Shown here: piece after piece, positions 9,886 through 18,792 of the stretch
Numbering within the stretch: position 1 is the first letter of the stretch
How the letters are laid out: the number at the start of each line of letters is the position of its first letter
NCBI RefSeq assembly: GCF_004296535.1
Contig: NZ_AP018159.1
Span: forward strand, 180,001 to 212,000
Source: Candidatus Saccharimonadota bacterium
GTDB lineage: Bacteria > Pseudomonadota > Gammaproteobacteria > Enterobacterales > Enterobacteriaceae
Length of the DNA: 32,000 nt
Reading direction: 5' to 3'
Translations under genes and position numbers: made by a program
The notes under the pieces: generated by a model
Database searches by the model: none
What the model was told of the DNA's origin: nothing
Seen by the model: only the letters and a program-made list of their open reading frames with translations

Positions 9886-11473
9886 TATTATTAAATATAA
9901 TCTTATTATTATTAATATTTTTTATATTAAAATATCCAATTCTTTCAAATTGATAATAAATATTTTTGGAATAAATGTAATTACTTTTTTCTGTAAATCC
10001 TTTTTTTATTATAATAGAATTATTATTAATATAATCTAATATATTTTTGTTTTTTAAATAATTAATATTTTTAAATATATAATCATAAAAGATATAATAT
10101 GATATAAAATTATATTTACAAGATACCCAATGTATAATTTTATTAACTTTATTATTTTTTAAATATAAATTATTAATAGTATTTTTATAATAAATACAAT
10201 AAATTTTATTTATAATATCTTTCTTTATTTCTATATCTATTATTTTTAATATATATGAATATCTTAATTTAAATATTTTACCTATTAAATTATTAAAATT
10301 TTCTTTATTTATAAAATCATTTTTTTCAACATATAACTCATTACAAAAATTTATTAATTTATATCCATTTTTTAGATTATTAGGATTTAAAGGTGTTTTT
10401 ATAAAAAAATTTTTTTTTAAATTAATTATATATAATTTGATTGGATTAATAACTGACATAATTCTTATAGATTTAAAATTTAAATCATTTTTAATAAAAA
10501 ATTCTAAATTTTTTATTTTTACTAAACTATTTTTTTTTGTTATCCCTAAACTATTACAAAAATCTATTATAGATTTTGAAGTATAGCCTCTATTTTTTAA
10601 TCCTGATATTGTTGGCATTCTTGGATCATCCCATCCTGTAACTATATTTTTTTCTACTAAAATATTTAGTTTTCTTTTAGACAATGTTAAATATTCTATG
10701 TTTAATCTTGAAAATTCATATTGTTTAGGTTTATTTTTTATATCTAAAGAATCTAATATCCAATTATACAATATTTTATTATTTTGAAATTCTAATGTAC
10801 ATAAAGAATACGTAATTTCTTCTAAAAAATCACATATACAATGAGAAAAATCATAAGTAGGATATATACACCAATTATATTTAGTTTTAAAATGTTTTTT
10901 ATATTTTATTCTATATAAAATAGGATCTCTTATAATGATATTAGAAGATTTCATATTTATTTTTGCTCTTAAACATGCATGATTTTCTTTATAAAATCCA
11001 TTTTTCATTTTTAAAAAATAATCAATATTTTCTTTTACAGATCTATTTCTATATGGACTGTCTATTCCTAAATTATTATAATTTCCTTTATATTTTTTAT
11101 ATATTGAGATAGGTAATTCATCTACATAAGCTAATTTTTTTTTTATTAAGATAATAGCAAATTTAAATATTTCATTAAAATAATTTGAAGTATATTTTTC
11201 AATTCCATTATATTTTATACCTAACCATTTAATATTATTTATAATTTCATTTATATAAATATCATTTCTATTTATAGGATTAGTATCATCTATTCTAATA
11301 TTAAAATTTCCATTATATTTTTTTGCTATTAAATAATTTATTAATATAGATTTTACATGTCCTATGTGTAAATATCCATTTGGATCAGGAGCAAATCTAG
11401 TATTTATTTTAGTTAAATTATTTTTAATTATATCTTTTTCTATTATATTAAGTATAAAATTTTTTGTATCCAT
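9872..11473 (-). CDS. glnS: Glutaminyl-tRNA synthetase
   Basis: The protein is 533 aa. The class-I HIGH motif is RFAPDPNGYLHIGH and the KMSKS-equivalent is LSKRK. DDTNP, YPTYDF.H...D..E.ITYSLCTLEF and TGWDDPRMPT..GL..RGYT are GlnRS-specific. The 3' end overlaps ddlA by 14 nt in convergent orientation. Confidence 0.96.
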   Translation of the reverse strand: MDTKNFILNIIEKDIIKNNLTKINTRFAPDPNGYLHIGHVKSILINYLIAKKYNGNFNIRIDDTNPINRNDIYINEIINNIKWLGIKYNGIEKYTSNYFNEIFKFAIILIKKKLAYVDELPISIYKKYKGNYNNLGIDSPYRNRSVKENIDYFLKMKNGFYKENHACLRAKINMKSSNIIIRDPILYRIKYKKHFKTKYNWCIYPTYDFSHCICDFLEEITYSLCTLEFQNNKILYNWILDSLDIKNKPKQYEFSRLNIEYLTLSKRKLNILVEKNIVTGWDDPRMPTISGLKNRGYTSKSIIDFCNSLGITKKNSLVKIKNLEFFIKNDLNFKSIRIMSVINPIKLYIINLKKNFFIKTPLNPNNLKNGYKLINFCNELYVEKNDFINKENFNNLIGKIFKLRYSYILKIIDIEIKKDIINKIYCIYYKNTINNLYLKNNKVNKIIHWVSCKYNFISYYIFYDYIFKNINYLKNKNILDYINNNSIIIKKGFTEKSNYIYSKNIYYQFERIGYFNIKNINNNKIIFNNIINF

Positions 11474-11554
11474 AATTGTTTTATATATATTTTTTTTATA
11501 TTAAAATATAAATTATAATATAAAATTATATTATAATAAAAATATAATAGTTAT

Positions 11555-11629
11555 AGCTACGTAGCTCAGTTTGGTAAGAGCGCAGCACTCATAACGCTGA
11601 TGTCACAGGTTCAATTCCTGTCGTAGCTA
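11555..11629 (+). tRNA. metT: tRNA-Met, elongator type (anticodon CAU)
   Basis: The sequence is AGCTACG-TA-GCTC..GAGC-G-CAGCA-CTCATAA-CGCTG-ATGTC-ACAGG-TTCAATT-CCTGT-CGTAGCT-A. It closely resembles E. coli metT (GGCUACGUAGCUCAGUUGGUUAGAGC..CUCAUAA..GUCACAGGUUCGAAUCC.GUCGUAGCC). Positions 1:72 are paired and there is no GGG/CCC anticodon stem, so it is not an initiator. One A31:C39 mismatch is present. A lysidine-modified tRNA-Ile2 cannot be strictly excluded. No CCA is encoded. Confidence 0.85.
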
Positions 11630-11640
11630 TTTTGTTTTAT

Positions 11641-11723
11641 GCGGGGATGGCGAAATTAGGTAAACGCGCTAGGCTTAGAACCTAGTTCTTAATGAATTAC
11701 GAGTTCGAATCTCGTTCTCCGCA
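11641..11723 (+). tRNA. leuW: tRNA-Leu (anticodon UAG), type II with long variable arm
   Basis: Acceptor is GCGGGGA/TCTCCGC, anticodon arm CTAGG-CTTAGAA-CCTAG (TAG), with a long variable region and T arm ACGAG-TTCGAAT-CTCGT. It has the same anticodon and position (after metT) as E. coli leuW. No CCA is encoded. Confidence 0.88.
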
Positions 11724-11740
11724 TTTTTTAAAAAAAATTT

Positions 11741-11812
11741 TGGGGTATAGCCAAGTGGTAAAGGCAACGGGTTTTGATCCCGTTATCCTAGGTTCGAATC
11801 CTAGTGCCCCAG
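11741..11812 (+). tRNA. glnU: tRNA-Gln (anticodon UUG)
   Basis: TGGGGTATAGCCAAGTGGTAAGGCAACGGGTTTTGATCCCGT..CTAGGTTCGAATCCTAGTGCCCCAG is near-identical in architecture to E. coli tRNA-Gln (UGGGGUAUCGCCAAGCGGUAAGGCACCGGUUUUUGAUACCGG..). The anticodon loop is TTTTGAT. No CCA is encoded. Confidence 0.9.
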
Positions 11813-11840
11813 ATTTTTATAACTTTTAATTTTTTTTATT

Positions 11841-12650
11841 ATGAAAATTATTTCTTTTAATATAAATGGAATAAGATCAAATATTAAACAGTTAGAAAAT
11901 ATAATATATTTATATGATCCAGATATAATTGGATTGCAAGAAACAAAAATTAGTAATAATTTATTTCCAATAAAATATTTTAATAAATATGGATATAATA
12001 ATATTTATTGCAATGGAAATAAAAATCATTTTGGAGTTGCTTTAATATCAAAAATAAAACCTAATAATATTTATTATAATTTTTTAAATTCAGATACTGA
12101 TTTTAAATATAGAATAATTATAGGAGAGTTTTATATAAAAAATAAATACTTATTAATAATAAATATTTATGTTCCACAAGGAGATAATATAAAAAATAAA
12201 ATAAAATTTAATTATAAATTATCTTTTTTAAATAAATTTATACATTACGTAAAAAGTATAATAAATTGTAAAAATCTTTATATATTAATTATAGGAGATA
12301 TGAATATTTTAAATAAAAAAATTGATATTGGAATAGAAAATAAAATACTAGTAAAAATGATTAAAAATAAAATTTGTCCATTTACATTATTAGAAAAAAA
12401 AATTTTTATTAAAATATTAAATTGCGGACTTATAGATATATATAGAAATAAATATTTTAAATGCAAAAAATTTACATGGTTTAGTTTTAAAAATAATAAT
12501 TTTATTGAAAATAAAGGATTAAGAATAGATTATATGTTTTCAAATAAAATATTATTCGATTTATGTGATTATATAGATATAAAATATGAAATAAAATTTT
12601 CAAAAAAAACATCAGATCATATACCAATATTATCAAAATTTTTAATATAA
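11841..12650 (+). CDS. xthA: Exodeoxyribonuclease III (AP endonuclease)
   Basis: The protein is 269 aa (E. coli 268). MKIISFNINGIRS......I.....PD.IGLQETK, GVAL.SK, GDMNI, F.WF......F..N.GLRID and SDH.P match E. coli XthA along the whole length. Confidence 0.93.
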   Translation: MKIISFNINGIRSNIKQLENIIYLYDPDIIGLQETKISNNLFPIKYFNKYGYNNIYCNGNKNHFGVALISKIKPNNIYYNFLNSDTDFKYRIIIGEFYIKNKYLLIINIYVPQGDNIKNKIKFNYKLSFLNKFIHYVKSIINCKNLYILIIGDMNILNKKIDIGIENKILVKMIKNKICPFTLLEKKIFIKILNCGLIDIYRNKYFKCKKFTWFSFKNNNFIENKGLRIDYMFSNKILFDLCDYIDIKYEIKFSKKTSDHIPILSKFLI

Positions 12651-12702
12651 TTACTTTTAAATAAATATATAAATAAAAAAAAATAAAAATAAAAAAATTT
12701 TT

Positions 12703-13470
12703 TTAAAAATAAATATTTTCATAAGATCTTAACGTTGTTACTTCAAATCCTTTTTCAGTTATTACTATTGTATGTTCATACTGAGCGGATAAACTATTAT
12801 CTTTTGTTTTAACAGTCCATCCATCTTTCATAATTTTAGTTTTATAAGATCCAGAATTAATCATAGGTTCTATAGTAATACACATTCCAGGTTCTAATAT
12901 TATATTATCTTGAGTTAAAGAATCATAATGTAATACTTGTGGATATTCATGTAATTTTTTACCTATTCCATGTCCGCAATAATCTCTTACAACTGAAAAT
13001 CCATTATATTCTACAAATTTTTGTATAGTTTTTCCTATTTCTCTTAATTTAATTCCAGGTTTTATAATTTTTATAGCTAAATATAAACTTTTTTTTGCTA
13101 CATCACAAATTTTTCTTCCAATACTATTAGTTTTTTTTACTATAAACATTTTTGATGTATCACTATAAAAACCATCTTTTTCTAAAGAAATATCTATATT
13201 TATAATATCGCCAATTTTAATTATTTTTTTGTAAGAAGGAATTCCATGGCATACTACATTGTTTATAGATGTACATATATTTTTAGGATATCCCATATAA
13301 TTAAATGTAGCTGATTTAGCATTATTATTTTTTATAAAATTATTACACAATTCATCTATTTTACCAGTACTTATTCCAGGTTTTATATAATATTCTATAT
13401 CTTCTAAAATTTTAGATGCTATTTTTCCAACTAATCTCATTTTACATAAATCTGTTTTTAAATTTATCAT
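12703..13470 (-). CDS. map: Methionine aminopeptidase, type I
   Basis: The protein is 255 aa. Metal-ligand contexts are VCHGIP, GDI.NID (D..D), GHGIG...HE.PQV.HY, EPM.N and YEHT. It is divergent from rpsB, as in E. coli. Confidence 0.96.
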   Translation of the reverse strand: MINLKTDLCKMRLVGKIASKILEDIEYYIKPGISTGKIDELCNNFIKNNNAKSATFNYMGYPKNICTSINNVVCHGIPSYKKIIKIGDIINIDISLEKDGFYSDTSKMFIVKKTNSIGRKICDVAKKSLYLAIKIIKPGIKLREIGKTIQKFVEYNGFSVVRDYCGHGIGKKLHEYPQVLHYDSLTQDNIILEPGMCITIEPMINSGSYKTKIMKDGWTVKTKDNSLSAQYEHTIVITEKGFEVTTLRSYENIYF

Positions 13471-13565
13471 ATAAAAAAATAATTATTTTTTTAAAACTAT
13501 TATTTTTATTATATAATAAAAATAATCTTTAAAATATTAAAATAATAAAATACTGATTTATCATT

Positions 13566-14237
13566 ATGAAAAATAATATATCTATAGAAAATATGTTTAA
13601 TAATTATGTTCATTATGGACATTCTATTAAAAATTGGAACCCTAAAATGAAAAAATATATATATGGAATTCATAATGGTATACATATTATAAATTTAGAC
13701 AAAACTTTAGTATTATTTAATATAGCTTTAAAAAAAATAAAAAACATTATAAATAATAATGGAAAAATATTATTTGTTGGAACAAAAAAAGAAGCTAAAG
13801 AAAAGATTAAATATTACGCAGAATCTTGTAATCAATTTTTTATAAATAATAGATGGTTAGGGGGAACTTTAACAAATTGGAAAACTATTAAAAAATCTAT
13901 TAAAAAATACAAATTATTATATAATAACTATAAAAATTTACAATTTAATAAATTTACTAAAAAAGAATCTATAATATATTTAAGAAATTTAAATAAATTA
14001 AAAAAAAATTTATATGGTATACAAAATATGAATAAATTACCAGATGCTATTTTTGTAATAGATGCTAATTATGAAAAAATTGCTATTAAAGAATCTATAA
14101 AAATGAATATACCTATTTTTTCTATAGTGGATACAGACTCTAATCCTGATTATATTGATTATATTATTCCTGGTAATGATGACTCTATTAAATCTATTGA
14201 TTTTTATTTATCATCAATTTATAAAATATTAAAATAA
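13566..14237 (+). CDS. rpsB: 30S ribosomal protein S2
   Basis: The protein is 223 aa. VHYGH....WNPKMK.YI.G..N..HIINL.KT, ILFVGTKK.A, NRWLGG.LTNWKT, LPDA.FVIDA..E.IAIKE and IVDT.S.PD..D..IPGNDD.I are colinear with E. coli S2. Confidence 0.96.
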   Translation: MKNNISIENMFNNYVHYGHSIKNWNPKMKKYIYGIHNGIHIINLDKTLVLFNIALKKIKNIINNNGKILFVGTKKEAKEKIKYYAESCNQFFINNRWLGGTLTNWKTIKKSIKKYKLLYNNYKNLQFNKFTKKESIIYLRNLNKLKKNLYGIQNMNKLPDAIFVIDANYEKIAIKESIKMNIPIFSIVDTDSNPDYIDYIIPGNDDSIKSIDFYLSSIYKILK

Positions 14238-14241
14238 TTTT

Positions 14242-15039
14242 ATGTATTATAAAAATTTAAAAAAATTAAGAGAATTAACAAATATTAATATAATAGATTG
14301 TAAAAAAGCTTTAGATGAATCAAATAATGATATTAATACTGCTATTTTAATATTAAAAAAATATGAAAACAATTTTAATATTAAAAATAATAATTTATAT
14401 AATAGTAGTTATAAATATGGAATTATAATATCAGAAGTTAATGAAAATAATGATTATGGATTTATAATGAAATTATTAAGTAATAATGATCTTGTATTAA
14501 AAAATGATAATGTATTAAATTTTTATAAAAAAGTATCAAACTTTTGTATATCTAATAAAATAAAAGATTTTGATATAATAAGAAATAATTTTAATTTAGA
14601 ATATAAAAAATTGATATTTAAATTAAAAGAAAACTTAATAATAAAAGATTTTAAATATTTAGAAGGTAATTTAATAAAAAATTATGTTCATATTAATAAA
14701 AGAGGTGTTATAGTTAATTTTAAAAGTTTTAATAATATTGATAACAATTTTAATATTCTAAAATTTATATTAATGCAAATTATATTTAGTAATCCAATTT
14801 ATATATATAAATCAGATATTAAAAAAAATGATATTAATAATATAAGAAATATTATTATTAATAAATATAAAGATAAAAAAATAAATGAAAATAATTTAAT
14901 AGAAGAAAAAATAAATCATTTTTTAAAAGAAAAAATTTTAGAAGAACAGATATTTATAATGGATAATAATTTAAAAATGAAAGATTTATTTTATAAGTAT
15001 GAAATTAAAATAGATAAATTTAAAATGTTAAATATATAA
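14242..15039 (+). CDS. tsf: Elongation factor Ts
   Basis: It lies 4 nt after rpsB. The UBA-like N-terminus LRELTNINIIDCKKALDESNNDINTAILILKK resembles [35 protein letters not shown]. The remainder is strongly eroded (N/K/I-rich). Confidence 0.85.
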   Translation: MYYKNLKKLRELTNINIIDCKKALDESNNDINTAILILKKYENNFNIKNNNLYNSSYKYGIIISEVNENNDYGFIMKLLSNNDLVLKNDNVLNFYKKVSNFCISNKIKDFDIIRNNFNLEYKKLIFKLKENLIIKDFKYLEGNLIKNYVHINKRGVIVNFKSFNNIDNNFNILKFILMQIIFSNPIYIYKSDIKKNDINNIRNIIINKYKDKKINENNLIEEKINHFLKEKILEEQIFIMDNNLKMKDLFYKYEIKIDKFKMLNI

Positions 15040-15056
15040 AAAAATTTTAAAATAAT

Positions 15057-15629
15057 ATGAATAATTTAGAAAAAATAATACAAGAATTAAATAGTATTAT
15101 ATATAAAAAAATTAATGATTTTAAGGATTTTGTTAATAAAATACATATTGATAAAATGTCAACATGTTTAGTAAATAATATAAAAATAGATATTGATAAT
15201 AATAAAACAAAAAAAAAAATATATGAAATATCTAATATAAATTTATTAAATAATAATTCAATAGAAATTATTCCTAATGATAAAAAAAATCTAAAATATA
15301 TATATATATCACTAAATAAAAATAATTATTTAGATTTTAATATATCGAAAAATAATAAAAGTATAATATTAACAACAAATTTTATAACTATAGAAAAAAA
15401 AAAAAAAATAATAAATTTTATAAATAAAGAATTAGAATTTGCAAAAATAAATATTAGAAATATAAGAAGAGATTTTAATAATAAAATAAAATATTTATTA
15501 AAAACAAATAAATTAAGTGAAGATAATAAAAATTTTTTATTAAAAAAAATAGATATAAATATAAATAATTTTATTTATGAATTAGATTTATTCTTTTTAA
15601 ATAAAAAAAATAAATTTTTAAAAACATAA
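15057..15629 (+). CDS. frr: Ribosome recycling factor
   Basis: The protein is 190 aa (E. coli 185). The core ITIEKKKKIINFINKELEFAKINIRNIRRDFNNKIKYLLKTNKLSEDN aligns with [48 protein letters not shown]. Its position after tsf matches E. coli, but without pyrH. Confidence 0.85.
   Translation: MNNLEKIIQELNSIIYKKINDFKDFVNKIHIDKMSTCLVNNIKIDIDNNKTKKKIYEISNINLLNNNSIEIIPNDKKNLKYIYISLNKNNYLDFNISKNNKSIILTTNFITIEKKKKIINFINKELEFAKINIRNIRRDFNNKIKYLLKTNKLSEDNKNFLLKKIDININNFIYELDLFFLNKKNKFLKT
15394..15408 (+). repeat. A15 homopolymer inside the frr coding sequence
   Basis: This was counted directly: tagAAAAAAAAAAAAAAAta. It encodes the EKKKKK stretch that replaces EERRKD of E. coli Frr. A second A11 tract lies at 15209-15219 in the same gene. 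Confidence 0.95.
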
Positions 15630-15652
15630 AAAATTTATAATTATTTAATATT

Positions 15653-16405
15653 ATGATGAATAGAAATTTGTATTTAAATAAATTAAAAAAAATAAAAAAT
15701 ATAATTAACCATGTAGCAATAATAGCTGATGGTAATGGAAGATGGGCAAATATTAATGGTAAATCAAGATATTTTGGTCATAAAGAAGGTCTAAAATCTA
15801 TTATGAAAATAATTAATATATCAATATATTATCATATAAAAGCATTAACATTATATGTTTTTAGTACAGAAAATTGGAAAAGACCAGAAACAGAAGTTAA
15901 TTACTTAATGGATTTATTTAAAAAAACATTAAAAAAACAAATATATAAACTTAATAATAAAAATATTAAATTAAATATAATAGGAGAAAAAATAGAATTT
16001 AATAAAGAATTAAGAACATATATATATGAATCAGAAAATATTACTAAAAATAATACTGGTTTAATATTAAATATAGCAGCAAATTATGGAGGTAAATGGG
16101 ATATAATTCAATGTATAAAAAAAATTTTTTATAAAATAAAAAATAAAAAAATATCTATAGAAGATATAAATGAATCTATAATAAATAAAAATATATCTAC
16201 TTACAACTCTCCTCCTATAGATTTATTAATAAGAACAGGCGGTGAATTAAGAATAAGTAATTTTTTATTATGGCAAATAGCTTATTCTGAATTATATTTT
16301 ACTAAAACTTTATGGCCTGATTTTGATAAATTTAATTTTGAAGAAGCTTTAATTTCTTTTTATAAAAGAACAAGAAAGTTTGGTAATTTAATTAATAAAG
16401 GATAA
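15653..16405 (+). CDS. uppS: Undecaprenyl (di-trans,poly-cis) diphosphate synthase
   Basis: The protein is 250 aa. Motifs are HVAIIADGNGRWA, GH..G, LTLY.FSTENW.RP..EV..LM, N.AANYGG.WDI and LLIRTGGE.R.SNFLLWQ.AYSE.YFT..LWPDF. Confidence 0.96.
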   Translation: MMNRNLYLNKLKKIKNIINHVAIIADGNGRWANINGKSRYFGHKEGLKSIMKIINISIYYHIKALTLYVFSTENWKRPETEVNYLMDLFKKTLKKQIYKLNNKNIKLNIIGEKIEFNKELRTYIYESENITKNNTGLILNIAANYGGKWDIIQCIKKIFYKIKNKKISIEDINESIINKNISTYNSPPIDLLIRTGGELRISNFLLWQIAYSELYFTKTLWPDFDKFNFEEALISFYKRTRKFGNLINKG

Positions 16406-16410
16406 AAATA

Positions 16411-18783
16411 ATGATTAAAAAAATTATTAAAAACATTATTTTTTTTATAATACTAATTAATATTTTTTTTAATAATATATTATATGCTGATGATAATAAT
16501 AAATTTTTAATAAAAAAAATTAATATTATTGGTGTAAATAATTTTTCTAAAGATATTATAGAAAATAAAATAAAAAATTATAAAAATAAAAATATAAGTA
16601 AAAGTGATATTAAAAATATAATCAAATATTTATATGATACTAAATTGTTTAATAATATTAAAATTGATATTAAAAATAACGATTTAATAATATATATAAA
16701 TGAAAATAAATTAATAAATAATATTAAATTTTTTAATAATAAATTATTAAATAATACTGAATTAATAAATATATTAAAAAAATTTAATCTAAATAATAAT
16801 GAAATATTTAATGAAAAAAATTTATTTGATTTTAAAAAAGAAATAAAAAAAATTTATATTAATAATGGTAAATTTTTTTTTAATATAGAAGATATTATAG
16901 AAAATATAAATAATAATAAAATAAATATTACATTATTTTTTAATGAAGGAGAATTTACTAAAATAAATAATGTAAATATTGAAGGAAATAGATTATTAAA
17001 TAAAAAAAGTATACTAAATATATTAGATATAAATTATGGATTATTTAAAACAGTATATAATAAAAATAAATTACTCAATAATTTATTAAAATTAAATTTA
17101 ATATATAAAAAAAAAGGCTATTTAAATTTTTCAATTAATAAATTAAATACAAAATTTATTGAAAAAAATAATTCTATTGATATAGATTTAGTTATCAATG
17201 AAGGGAAAATATTTTTAATAAATAAATTTATTGTAAATGGGAATTATAATGAATTACATAAATTAGATATAAATTCTCTTTGTAATTTTAAAAAAAATGA
17301 AATTTATAATTATAAAAAAATATATAATGTAAAAAATAAAATAAAAAATTTTTTATTAAAAAAAGGTTACAAAAACCCAAAAATAAATATATTAATTAGT
17401 AATTTAAATAAAAATAAATGTACATTAGATATAAATGTTGAAATAGATATTCAAGATAAATTAAATATTAGAAATATAAAAATATATGGAAATAAAAAAA
17501 CTTTAGATAAAGTTTTAAAAAATAAAATGAAACAAAAAGAAAAAACAGAATTTAATATATTTCAAACAAAAAGTGATATTTTAGAATTAAATAAATTTAA
17601 ATATTTTAATAAAATAAATATATATACAAAAAAAATATATAAAATAGATAATTTAATAGATTTAATTTATTTTGTAAAAGAGCCTTATGTTAATAATTTT
17701 AGTGTAGGAGCAAATCTAAATAGTAAAACTTTAAATTTTGAATGTAATTACAATAATATAAATTGGCTTGGATCTGGAAATTCTTTATTATTAAAAGCTA
17801 TATACAACGATCCAAAATATTTTTTATCATGTGATATAAAAAATCCCTATAATTTATTAAAAAATAATAAACAATATGAATGTAAAATATTTGATAATTT
17901 AAATACTGTAAATAATAATTCAGATGTATTAAGAATAAAAGATTCTGGTTTATCTAGTTCTATAAATAATAATATCAATGATAAAATTAATACTGAAAAT
18001 AGATTATGTTTTTCAACAAGAACTATAAATTTTAATGAATTTGAAGAAAATATTAATGAAATAATTAAAAAAAATATTTTTAATGATAATATTCCAAAAA
18101 ATATAATTGATTTAAATAAAAGTGATAAATACATTAAATTTAATAAAATTGATTTATTTACAAAAATGAAATATATTTATAACGTAAATAAATATAAAGA
18201 AAAATATTTAAATATAAGCTTTTCAACTGATAATAATCTTTTACCTTTTGGAATAAATTTGTATAGATTATTGTTTGAATATTTAAATAATAATAAAATA
18301 AATGATTATATAAGTCTAAAAAATGAAATAATATTTTTTATTATGCCAGATATTAATAATAAAATACCATTTTATGAATATGGATTGATTAAAAATTATA
18401 TAGATAATATAAGAGGATTTAAGTCAAATTGTATAGAAGAAATTGACTATAGTAATATAGATGAAAATTGTGAAAATTTAAATATTTTAAAAAATAATTC
18501 TAAAATAAATATTATAAATGAAATATATTTACCTATAGAATTAATATTTAATAATATAAAAGATTTTTTAAAAATATCATTATTTATTGATTCAAGTAAT
18601 AATTTATATCTAGGAAATAACATTTTTAAAAATATATTATCGTTTCATGATCATATGTCATTTGGTATAAATGCAAAAATTAATTTAAAAATAGGAAATA
18701 TAAATACATCGTATTCTATTCCTATAAAATATTGTGATTCAAATAATATAATTAATTTTCAATTTAAATTTAATAGAAAATAA
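16411..18783 (+). CDS. bamA: Outer-membrane protein assembly factor BamA (highly diverged)
   Basis: The protein is 790 aa (E. coli 810) with a signal-peptide-like N-terminus. It has repeated POTRA-like units (IKKINIIGVNNFSKDII, INNVNIEGNRLLNKKSIL, IRNIKIYGNKKTLDKVLKNKM resembling GN..T.D.VIRRE). The C-terminal region has alternating beta-strand character. It sits in the conserved slot after uppS. The sequence is heavily eroded, so the call rests largely on size, architecture and synteny. Confidence 0.8.
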   Translation: MIKKIIKNIIFFIILINIFFNNILYADDNNKFLIKKINIIGVNNFSKDIIENKIKNYKNKNISKSDIKNIIKYLYDTKLFNNIKIDIKNNDLIIYINENKLINNIKFFNNKLLNNTELINILKKFNLNNNEIFNEKNLFDFKKEIKKIYINNGKFFFNIEDIIENINNNKINITLFFNEGEFTKINNVNIEGNRLLNKKSILNILDINYGLFKTVYNKNKLLNNLLKLNLIYKKKGYLNFSINKLNTKFIEKNNSIDIDLVINEGKIFLINKFIVNGNYNELHKLDINSLCNFKKNEIYNYKKIYNVKNKIKNFLLKKGYKNPKINILISNLNKNKCTLDINVEIDIQDKLNIRNIKIYGNKKTLDKVLKNKMKQKEKTEFNIFQTKSDILELNKFKYFNKINIYTKKIYKIDNLIDLIYFVKEPYVNNFSVGANLNSKTLNFECNYNNINWLGSGNSLLLKAIYNDPKYFLSCDIKNPYNLLKNNKQYECKIFDNLNTVNNNSDVLRIKDSGLSSSINNNINDKINTENRLCFSTRTINFNEFEENINEIIKKNIFNDNIPKNIIDLNKSDKYIKFNKIDLFTKMKYIYNVNKYKEKYLNISFSTDNNLLPFGINLYRLLFEYLNNNKINDYISLKNEIIFFIMPDINNKIPFYEYGLIKNYIDNIRGFKSNCIEEIDYSNIDENCENLNILKNNSKINIINEIYLPIELIFNNIKDFLKISLFIDSSNNLYLGNNIFKNILSFHDHMSFGINAKINLKIGNINTSYSIPIKYCDSNNIINFQFKFNRK

Positions 18784-18792
18784 TTTTTTATT

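Noticed and set aside
11543-11548. TATAAT hexamer 6 nt upstream of tRNA-Met, plus a TGTTATAAT extended -10 at 1998-2006 upstream of aroQ, as promoters
   Set aside because: TATAAT-like hexamers occur throughout both strands at this composition. Without -35 elements or mapped transcription starts they carry almost no information, so they are not reported as features.
12278-12466. 62-aa minus-strand ORF inside xthA
   Set aside because: It is antisense to xthA, short and low-complexity.
12691-12704. A7T7 self-complementary tract between xthA and map as a possible terminator
   Set aside because: Complementarity does not extend beyond the A7/T7 core, because the flanks diverge. No loop is possible, and such tracts are expected by chance here.
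17847-18134. 95-aa minus-strand ORF inside bamA
   Set aside because: It is antisense to bamA. Its hydrophobic low-complexity sequence is what the reverse complement of Asn/Lys/Ile codons would give.
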